A stretch of 64,000 nucleotides of DNA from Alphaproteobacteria bacterium. Its GTDB lineage: Bacteria; Pseudomonadota; Alphaproteobacteria; MPNO01; UBA830. The notes under the pieces are model-generated. The model searched no databases, was not told where the DNA came from, and saw nothing but the letters and a program-made list of their open reading frames with translations. The first letter of the stretch is position 1; each line of letters opens with the position of its first letter. The stretch lies in assembly GCA_965243135.1 (NCBI GenBank), contig OZ251539.1:4630236-4694235 (forward strand), given 5' to 3'. Positions 57,149 to 64,000 of the stretch are shown piece by piece. The position numbers and the translations under genes are program-made.

Positions 57149-57728
57149 TTATCACCATGAGAGGGATCAGGGGTACAAGGATTCCTTGATCGAGTTTGGC
57201 GTGAAGAATTCCGTATTCGTGGACAGGTCTGTCGATCCTGGCGACATTTCGGAGGAATTGAGCGACGAGCGGATCCGTCACATAATCAGAGACAAGTATC
57301 TTAGGGATTCCACGGTTACCATTGTGTTGGTTGGAAAAGAGACGAAACACCGGAAACACGTCGACTGGGAGATTCACACCAGCATGTACGACGGGACCGC
57401 GAGCAGAAGATCGGGAATAGTGGTCATCAACCTGCCGGGAACCTCCGATTACTTTGGCGCTCCTTATGGAGAGGCCGAGAAAAAACTCTTGTATCCAGAC
57501 GTTACGAACTGGATGAGTATAGATTCACGAGCGGAGTACGAACGCAGATATCCCTACATGCCTGATCGCATCGTGGACAATCTCGTGAAATCCGACGTAA
57601 AAATTTCGGTCGTTCCTTGGGGCAGGCTAAATGCGGAAAGACTCGAATTTCTGATAGAAGCGGCCTTTAGCAATCGTTTTGAGTGCGGATACGATCTGAG
57701 CAGACGAATGAGGCGGGCAAACTCGTAA
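57129..57728 (+). CDS. ThsB-like TIR protein (DUF1863-type)
   Basis: MHKVFISYHHERD...VTIVLVGKETKHRKHVDWEI closely parallels the Thoeris ThsB/DUF1863 TIR layout. Its GC content is markedly lower than the backbone. Confidence 0.75.
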   Translation: MHKVFISYHHERDQGYKDSLIEFGVKNSVFVDRSVDPGDISEELSDERIRHIIRDKYLRDSTVTIVLVGKETKHRKHVDWEIHTSMYDGTASRRSGIVVINLPGTSDYFGAPYGEAEKKLLYPDVTNWMSIDSRAEYERRYPYMPDRIVDNLVKSDVKISVVPWGRLNAERLEFLIEAAFSNRFECGYDLSRRMRRANS

Positions 57729-57897
57729 TACAGGGTTGCGTCGAAGCCGGAGGCCTGCGCCGACGCTCATCAATGGGGCGGGCCTTGCACGGCCGCAAAG
57801 CGAAGCTCGCGGACGAAACCGTTCGTCGACAAGAACGACCTTGCCGGTGCCGGTGCGATCTGCGAGGCGGCGGCCGTCGCGAGGCCGGTCGAAGAGG

Positions 57898-58371
57898 CTA
57901 CTCCGCGTCCGTGAACGACTGCAGGAAATTCTGCATCCCGACCTGATCGATCAGCGCGATCTGCGTTTCGAGCCAGTCGATGTGCTCCTCTTCGCTTTCC
58001 ATGATTTCGACGAACAGCTCGCGAGATACGTAATCGTTGACGCGCTCGCAATCGGCGACCGCGGCGATCAGATCCTTGCGCGACTCCATTTCGAGCAGCA
58101 GGTCGCATTCCAGCGCTTCCTTGACGTTCTCGCCGATCCTTAGACGGCCCAGATCCTGAAGGTTGGGAAGGCCCTCCAGATAGAGGATCCGGTTTATCAG
58201 CCGGTCCGCATGCTTCATCTCGTCGACCGATTCCCGGTATTCCATCTCGTCGAGCTTCCCGAAGCCCCAGTTCTTGAACATCCGGGCATGCAGGAAATAC
58301 TGGTTGATCGCCGTCAGCTCGTTCTTGAGCACCAGGTTCAGGTGCCGGATGACGTCCTTGTCGCCTTTCAT
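57898..58371 (-). CDS. bfr: bacterioferritin
   Basis: 157-aa Bfr with ferroxidase-centre residues ([23 protein letters not shown]). Confidence 0.9.
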   Translation of the reverse strand: MKGDKDVIRHLNLVLKNELTAINQYFLHARMFKNWGFGKLDEMEYRESVDEMKHADRLINRILYLEGLPNLQDLGRLRIGENVKEALECDLLLEMESRKDLIAAVADCERVNDYVSRELFVEIMESEEEHIDWLETQIALIDQVGMQNFLQSFTDAE

Positions 58372-58537
58372 GTCCTTATCTCCTTCGCCCGCGCAGGGCT
58401 TGCCTCGACCGAGGGTCCGATGTTACTCGAATTCGTCCGGCTTGTGGAGCGTTGCGGGCGGCGTCCGGGGAAGCGGCAAGTCCGGATCCGGGCGAGCCGC
58501 CGCAGCCTGCGCCGGTCTGCGCTTCGGAGAAACCGCC

Positions 58538-58918
58538 ATGTTTCCAATACAGCGCGTTCCCGGCAACGTGCCGACGAGAAGCTGGGGATCCGCCTATCGC
58601 GACTTGGTCTGGGCGCTCGGGATGTCCGACGATTTCACGCTCGATTTCGAAGGGCAGGCGGCCAGGGCGTTCGCCAATCTCGACGCGGTGCTCGACGCCG
58701 CGGGAGCCGACCGCACCTGCCTTCTGTCGGTGCAGGTCTATCTCCACGACGTGAACGCCTGCAAGCCGGCGTTCGACGAGATGTGGGCCGCGTGGATCGG
58801 CGGCGATCCGCAAAACTGGCCCATGCGCTCCTGCGTGCAAGTCGCGTTCGCCGGCGGAAACAAGATCGAACTCATCGTCGTCGCGGCGCGGCGGGAGGCG
58901 GCCGCTCCGACCGCCTGA
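58538..58918 (+). CDS. RidA/YjgF-family protein
   Basis: 126-aa Rid fold. The start is the internal ATG MFPIQR. Confidence 0.75.
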   Translation: MFPIQRVPGNVPTRSWGSAYRDLVWALGMSDDFTLDFEGQAARAFANLDAVLDAAGADRTCLLSVQVYLHDVNACKPAFDEMWAAWIGGDPQNWPMRSCVQVAFAGGNKIELIVVAARREAAAPTA

Positions 58919-58948
58919 TGCGCGTTTTTCCGGCTCCGAGCTCTGCGG

Positions 58949-59317
58949 TCAATCCCGTTTGCGGCGGATCATGGGGCCGAGCGGTTCGCCGGCGAGGATG
59001 TGGGTATGGAGATGGGGCACCTCCTGGTGGGCGTCGTTTCCGTGGTTGGCGATCAGGCGGTAGCCGGTTTCGTGGACTCCCAGAATGCGGGCGGTCTCGC
59101 CGATCGCCGCGGCGTAGCCGGCTTGCGCTTCGGGCGGCGCTCCGGCCGAAAAGTCGTCCCACGAAACGTAAGAACCTTTCGGAACGACGAGAACGTGCAC
59201 CGGCGCCTGCGGGTTGATGTCCCTGAAGGCGAGCGCGTGCTCGGTCTCGTGCACCTTGTCGCAAGGGATCTCGCCCCGCAGGATCTTCGCGAACAGGTTT
59301 CCGTCGTCGTAAGTCAT
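58949..59317 (-). CDS. HIT-family protein
   Basis: Histidine triad HLHTHIL. 122 aa. Confidence 0.85.
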   Translation of the reverse strand: MTYDDGNLFAKILRGEIPCDKVHETEHALAFRDINPQAPVHVLVVPKGSYVSWDDFSAGAPPEAQAGYAAAIGETARILGVHETGYRLIANHGNDAHQEVPHLHTHILAGEPLGPMIRRKRD

Positions 59318-59970
59318 CCGTCATCTCCCCGCGCCGCCTTTTCCTTGAGGCCGGAAACGCCGCTTCGGCGCGCCAGCTCGGCGGCGATCTCCCTCGGCGC
59401 GATCTCCGCGTCGACCCATGCCGCCAGCAGGTGGCAGAGGAGGCCGTCGCTTTCCGCGACCAGCGCTCCCCTGTTCCTGGCGGCTGCCGCGATAACGACC
59501 TCGAGCGCCTCTTCTCCCAGTTTCAGGGCAATCTTTTCGGTTCCGCGCTCGAACAGTTGCGCTATTTTTGGCGCGGCAGCCGCGTTTCCTCTGCCGGATT
59601 CGATCTCGGCATAAAGCCGTTCGACGACGTTTCCGAAGCCGTTCGTCGTGCCGGTTCGCCCGGAGGCCGTGTGGCGGCGGCGGCTCTGGCGCGCCAGCCC
59701 GGAGGAGACCTCCGCTAGAGCGATTTCCGCATCGGCCCACGCCACCAGCAGATGGTAGAGAAGGTCGGCGCTCTCCGCGACCAGCGCCTCCCTGTCTTTC
59801 ATGACCGCCGCGATCACGGCTTCCACTGCTTCTTCGCCGAGTTTCTGCGCAATCTTCGCGGTTCCGCGTTCGAACAACTGCGCTGTGTACGACGCCGCGG
59901 GATCGCCGCCCCTGCGGGATTCGATCACGGCGTGAAGCCGTTCGACGGCTTCTCCGAAGCCGTTCGTCAC
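59314..59970 (-). CDS. hisE: tandem fused phosphoribosyl-ATP pyrophosphatase (HisE-HisE)
   Basis: One 218-aa ORF contains two complete HisE-like domains ([15 protein letters not shown]...LLYHLLV and [15 protein letters not shown]...LLCHLLA). It has a GTGA overlap with the hisF stop and an ATGA overlap with the HIT gene. Confidence 0.75.
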   Translation of the reverse strand: MTNGFGEAVERLHAVIESRRGGDPAASYTAQLFERGTAKIAQKLGEEAVEAVIAAVMKDREALVAESADLLYHLLVAWADAEIALAEVSSGLARQSRRRHTASGRTGTTNGFGNVVERLYAEIESGRGNAAAAPKIAQLFERGTEKIALKLGEEALEVVIAAAARNRGALVAESDGLLCHLLAAWVDAEIAPREIAAELARRSGVSGLKEKAARGDDG

Positions 59971-60740
59971 GGTGCTTCCCCGGACGGCCGCACCGCGACG
60001 CCGGAGGCGGCCATGCGCCTCTTGGCTTCGGCGATCGTGTATTCGCCGAAGTGAAAGATCGACGCCGCGAGCACGGCGGAAGCGCGGCCCTCGAGAATCC
60101 CCTCGGCAAGGTGGTCGAGAGTGCCCGCGCCGCCCGACGCGATCACGGGCACCGTAACCGCGTCCGCGATCGTCCGCGTTAGCTCGATGTCGAATCCCCG
60201 CCGCGTGCCGTCCCGATCCATTGAGGTCAGCAGAATTTCGCCCGCCCCGAGCGCGGCCATGCGGGCAGCCCAGGCGACGGCGTCGATGCCCGTCGCCTTG
60301 CGCCCGCCGTGGGTGAAGATTTCCCATCCGCCGCCGGCCCTCGCCCTGGCGTCGATCGCGACGACGATGCACTGGGTTCCGAACTTTTCCGCCGCCTTGG
60401 CGACGAACTCGGGCTCGCGCACGGCCGCGGTGTTGATCGACGCCTTGTCGGCGCCCGCCAGCAGCAGCCTGCGGATGTCGTCGATCCGGCGGACGCCGCC
60501 GCCGACGGTGAGGGGCATGAAGCATTCCTCGGCCGTTCGCCGGACGACGTCGTAGATCGTGTCGCGGTTTTCGTGGCTCGCCGTGATGTCGAGGAAGCAT
60601 AGCTCGTCGGCTCCCTCGGCATCGTAGACGCGGGCCTGTTCGACCGGATCGCCGGCATCGACCAGATCCACGAAGTTGACGCCCTTGACGGTGCGCCCGT
60701 CCTTCACGTCGAGGCAGGGAATGACGCGCGCCTTGAGCAT
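59967..60740 (-). CDS. hisF: imidazole glycerol phosphate synthase cyclase subunit
   Basis: 257-aa HisF family protein. Confidence 0.9.
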   Translation of the reverse strand: MLKARVIPCLDVKDGRTVKGVNFVDLVDAGDPVEQARVYDAEGADELCFLDITASHENRDTIYDVVRRTAEECFMPLTVGGGVRRIDDIRRLLLAGADKASINTAAVREPEFVAKAAEKFGTQCIVVAIDARARAGGGWEIFTHGGRKATGIDAVAWAARMAALGAGEILLTSMDRDGTRRGFDIELTRTIADAVTVPVIASGGAGTLDHLAEGILEGRASAVLAASIFHFGEYTIAEAKRRMAASGVAVRPSGEAP

Positions 60741-60743
60741 GGA

Positions 60744-61472
60744 TCACGAATCCCGCAGCAGCGCCAGCGCCTCGGCGGAGTCGATCCTGCCGTCGTAGAT
60801 CGCTCGGCCCGAAATTACGCCCTCGATTCCGGCGCTTTCCTTTTCCTTGAGTTCCGCCAGATCGGAAAGCCCGCGCACGCCGCCCGACGCGATCACCGGC
60901 GTGGTCAGGGCGAAGGCGAGATCCACGGTCGCGTCGATGTTCAGGCCCTGCATCGCGCCGTCGCGGTCGATGTCCGTGTAGACGATCGCGGCGGCGCCCG
61001 CGTCCTCGAAGCGAAGCGCGAGGTCCAGCGCGCGCACTCCGGAGGTTTCGGCCCAGCCCTCGACGGCGACGCGGCCGTCCCGGGCGTCGATGCCGATCAC
61101 GATCCGCCCGGGAAACCGGGCGCACGCGTCGTTCACCAGCGACGGGTTCTTGACGGCGGCGGTGCCGAGGATCACCCGCCGCGCGCCGATCTCGAGCCAT
61201 TTCTCGATCGTCGCGAGATCGCGGATCCCGCCGCCGAGCTGAACCGGCAGATCGACCGCGGCTACGATCGCGGCGACGGCTCCGCCGTTCATCGGACGGC
61301 CCTCGACGGCTCCGTCGAGATCGACGATGTGCAGCCATTCGAAGCCCGTTTTCTCGAAATCCCGCGCCTGGGCGACCGGGTCGTCGTTGAATCTGGTCGC
61401 CGCCGCCATGTCTCCGCGCACCAGCCGGACGCAGGCGCCCTCCTTCAGGTCGATGGCGGGAAAGAGGATCAT
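60744..61472 (-). CDS. hisA: ProFAR isomerase
   Basis: 242-aa HisA starting at [12 protein letters not shown]. Confidence 0.9.
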   Translation of the reverse strand: MILFPAIDLKEGACVRLVRGDMAAATRFNDDPVAQARDFEKTGFEWLHIVDLDGAVEGRPMNGGAVAAIVAAVDLPVQLGGGIRDLATIEKWLEIGARRVILGTAAVKNPSLVNDACARFPGRIVIGIDARDGRVAVEGWAETSGVRALDLALRFEDAGAAAIVYTDIDRDGAMQGLNIDATVDLAFALTTPVIASGGVRGLSDLAELKEKESAGIEGVISGRAIYDGRIDSAEALALLRDS

Positions 61473-62023
61473 TTTTTCTTGCGCGCCTGTTTCCGCCGGG
61501 GAAACTCCCGGAGCCGCTTCGTGTAGTAATGGCCCGTCACCAGCTTGCCGTCGACCAGCGCGTAATCGGGATTCGTGCCCCAGCGCTGGAAACCGAGCTG
61601 TTCGTATAGATGGATGGCGGCGTGCTGCGTTTCCCGGATGTCGAGCTGCAGCATGAGATATCCCAGCTTGTTCGCCGCGTTTTCCACGGTACGGACGAGA
61701 TCGGGCGAGATGCCGAGACCGCGGGCCCATGGCGCGACGAACAGCGCCGTGAGCGTGGCCGCGTGCGCCTGCGCTTCGTTGTTCCGCGCCGGTTCCTGCA
61801 GCTGCGCCGACGCGACGATGCGGCCGTCCAGCCGCCCGACGAAAAGATGGCGCTCCGGAACCAGAACGACCCCGCGGAAATACCGGCCGAGAACGGCGCG
61901 CGGCGGCGGCGTCAACCAGCCGAAGCCGCCGCCGTCGTGAATCGCCGCCTCGGCGGCGTTGCACAGATCCTCGAGTTCCTCGTCCGAGATTTCTTCGAGC
62001 GGCTCGACGCTGGTTTTCGTCAC
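61469..62023 (-). CDS. GNAT-family N-acetyltransferase
   Basis: Acetyl-CoA binding motif ([11 protein letters not shown]). It is inserted between hisH and hisA. Confidence 0.8.
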   Translation of the reverse strand: MTKTSVEPLEEISDEELEDLCNAAEAAIHDGGGFGWLTPPPRAVLGRYFRGVVLVPERHLFVGRLDGRIVASAQLQEPARNNEAQAHAATLTALFVAPWARGLGISPDLVRTVENAANKLGYLMLQLDIRETQHAAIHLYEQLGFQRWGTNPDYALVDGKLVTGHYYTKRLREFPRRKQARKKK

Positions 62024-62033
62024 TTCGACGCCC

Positions 62034-62684
62034 CTACGCGTTCCAGGCGAGGAAGTCGCCCAGCAGCCTGAGGCCGGTTCGCTGGCTCTTCTCCGGATGG
62101 AACTGGGTTCCGATCATGTTGTCGCGCCCCACGACCGCGGCGAAGCGGCCGCCGTGGTCGGCGGTGGCCAGCACGTCGTCCTCCCGTTCGCAACGCATCG
62201 CGTAGCTGTGCACGAAATACGCATGGTCGCCGTCGGCGAGGTTTCCGGCGACGCCGTGCCGCCGCCCGGCGTCCGAAGGGGCGACGACGTTCCAGCCCAT
62301 GTGGGGAATCTTGAGCGCTTCGCCGTTCGGCGCCAGCGGGCCGACCTCGCCCGGGATCCACCCGAGTCCTTCGTGCGTTCCGTGCTCAATGCCGCGGCGC
62401 GCCATCAGCTGCATGCCGACGCATATGCCGAGAAACGCTTTCCCGGACTCGCGGACGTTGCGCTCCAGCGCGTCGATCATTCCCGGCAGCCTGCGCAGGC
62501 CGGCGGCGCAATCGCCGAAGGCCCCGACCCCCGGCAGGACGATCCGGTCGGCGCCGTCCAGCGCGGCGGCGCTGTCGGAGACGGCGATGCGGGCGTCGAT
62601 TTCGCGCTCGCGCGCGGCGCGTTCCAGCGCCTTGGCGGCGGACCGGAGATTGCCCGAGCCGTAGTCGATCACCACCACTTCCAT
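62034..62684 (-). CDS. hisH: imidazole glycerol phosphate synthase glutaminase subunit
   Basis: 216-aa class I glutamine amidotransferase (GICVGMQ, HSY). Confidence 0.9.
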   Translation of the reverse strand: MEVVVIDYGSGNLRSAAKALERAAREREIDARIAVSDSAAALDGADRIVLPGVGAFGDCAAGLRRLPGMIDALERNVRESGKAFLGICVGMQLMARRGIEHGTHEGLGWIPGEVGPLAPNGEALKIPHMGWNVVAPSDAGRRHGVAGNLADGDHAYFVHSYAMRCEREDDVLATADHGGRFAAVVGRDNMIGTQFHPEKSQRTGLRLLGDFLAWNA

Positions 62685-62695
62685 CGTCGCGCCCC

Positions 62696-63070
62696 TCAGC
62701 GGTCGGCCGGCGGATTCAGGTCGAAATACCGTTGCATCGCGCCGTCGCGGTCGGGCGCGACCGCCAGCCCCGCCATCCGCCATCCGCGCAGTTCGGCGGC
62801 CGCTCGGCGCCAGTCGTTGCCGCCGAACCCCGCGAGCAGGACGACGGCCGCGGCCGCGGCGGCGAGAACGACGCCGTCGGATCGCAGGAACCAGTCGGCG
62901 GCCAGCAGCGCGGCGAGCGTCGCGCACAGAGCGGCGAACGGCGCCCAAAGCCGGTGCCGCAGCGCCCACAAGGGACCGAAGGCGAAGGCCGGCCAGCAGA
63001 AGCCTTCCCGAATCACGAGGATCTCGGGATCCCCGGCCTCCCGCCTGAGGTGTATCGTGTAGACGTTCAT
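62696..63070 (-). CDS. small membrane protein (DUF2628-like) within the his operon
   Basis: 124 aa with two TM segments. It sits between hisB and hisH. Confidence 0.55.
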   Translation of the reverse strand: MNVYTIHLRREAGDPEILVIREGFCWPAFAFGPLWALRHRLWAPFAALCATLAALLAADWFLRSDGVVLAAAAAAVVLLAGFGGNDWRRAAAELRGWRMAGLAVAPDRDGAMQRYFDLNPPADR

Positions 63071-63660
63071 CCGCCGAGCGTCCCCTTGGTGGAAGGCACC
63101 GCTTCGCCCGCGCGGGCGTCCGTTTCGACGGCGGCCCTGAGCGCGCGCGCCAGCGCCTTGAAGCAGGATTCGACGATGTGATGGTTGTTGGCGCCGTAGA
63201 CGTTCTCCACGTGCAGGGTCAGGCGGGCGTTTTGCGCGAAGGCCTGGAACCACTCCCGGAAGAGCTCGGTGTCCATCTCGCCGAGCTTGTGCCTCGTGAA
63301 ATCGACCTTCCAGATCAGGTAGGGGCGGTCCGAAACGTCGATCGCGACGCGGCTGAGGGTTTCGTCCATCGGGATCGTCGCCGACGCGAAGCGGACGATG
63401 CCCTTGCGGTCGCCGAGCGCCTGGTGCACCGCCTGGCCGATCGCGATGCCGGTGTCTTCCGTGGTGTGGTGGAAGTCGATATGAAGATCGCCCGCCGCCC
63501 GGACCGCGAGGTCGATCAGGCTGTGCCGCGACAGTTGCTCCAGCATGTGGTCGAGAAAGCCGATCCCGGTGCTCACGTCGTATTCGCCGCTGCCGTCGAG
63601 GTTCAGGTTGACCTCGATCTCGGTTTCCCGGGTCTTTCTGACTACGGTGGCAAGGCGCAT
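63067..63660 (-). CDS. hisB: imidazoleglycerol-phosphate dehydratase
   Basis: 197-aa IGPD family protein. Confidence 0.9.
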   Translation of the reverse strand: MRLATVVRKTRETEIEVNLNLDGSGEYDVSTGIGFLDHMLEQLSRHSLIDLAVRAAGDLHIDFHHTTEDTGIAIGQAVHQALGDRKGIVRFASATIPMDETLSRVAIDVSDRPYLIWKVDFTRHKLGEMDTELFREWFQAFAQNARLTLHVENVYGANNHHIVESCFKALARALRAAVETDARAGEAVPSTKGTLGG

Positions 63661-63846
63661 TCCGCCGCTCCGTTCGGCTGGTTTCCGCGTTGCGGAACGG
63701 CGTTCCTTGTATCAGGATCGCGGACGGCAGTGAAGGCGGCCGGCGCCGCGTCTCCCCGCGGCACTTGACGACGCCCGGCGAACGGGCGATTTAGGAAGCG
63801 AACCAGTCTGGCCGGCGTTCCTTCTGCGCCGGGAATGCGGAGCGAG

Positions 63847-64000
63847 ATGACCAAGCCGGAAACTTGGCACGGGACCACCGTTCTTTCGGTGCGCAAGGGC
63901 GACAAGGTCGTGGTGGCCGGTGACGGACAGGTCACCTTCGGGAACACGGTGATGAAGTCGAACGCGCGGAAGGTGCGCCGTCTCGGCGGCGAGTCCGTCG
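63847..64000 (+). CDS. hslV: ATP-dependent protease subunit HslV, 3' end outside window
   Basis: N-terminus [46 protein letters not shown]. It is divergent from hisB. Confidence 0.8.
   Translation, partial: MTKPETWHGTTVLSVRKGDKVVVAGDGQVTFGNTVMKSNARKVRRLGGESV

Noticed and set aside
59330-59960. A roughly 300-bp direct DNA repeat that could suggest a CRISPR-like or tandem-repeat array.
   Set aside because: There are only two copies, both protein-coding (the HisE domains) at about 75 percent identity, with no spacer-repeat periodicity. No CRISPR array is present anywhere in the window.

Overview
This is a high-GC stretch of alphaproteobacterial-type chromosome. I saw no rRNA genes or CRISPR arrays and found one tRNA, tRNA-Glu(CUC). 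Most of the window is conserved housekeeping or metabolic sequence. This backbone includes heme synthesis genes (hemF at the window start and a hemE-hemH-hemJ cluster), a cca/NUDIX/DUF1285 block, a MoxR-DUF58-BatA-like membrane cluster, maf-aroE-coaE-dnaQ, rho, a hydantoin utilisation locus (hyuA-hyuB-dctPQM plus an N-carbamoyl amino acid amidohydrolase), the histidine operon and a partial hslV. Two visibly AT-richer islands interrupt it. Island 1 (about 44.3-48.4 kb) sits between the hydantoin-locus genes. It carries a large all-helical protein, a degraded IS110-family transposase and an Hsp70-like ATPase. Island 2 (about 51.5-57.9 kb) is the main candidate for a novel system. It encodes, all on the + strand and mostly translationally coupled, a Schlafen-like AlbA_2/HATPase regulator, two small overlapping ORFs, two tandem DUF488 proteins, a 388-aa TIR-domain protein, a standalone SLOG protein and a ThsB-like TIR protein. 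The TIR-SLOG-TIR core is Thoeris-related, but the SLOG protein has none of the usual effector domains (SIR2, Macro or TM). Other observations are an 11-G homopolymer that breaks the frame of a small tail-anchored membrane protein, a paaA/paaBC-like oxygenase set with no paaE-like reductase, split by an oppositely oriented SNF2/SWIM helicase, a tandem hisE-hisE fusion and a CDGSH-cupin fusion. Start coordinates I derived by hand may be off by a few bases.
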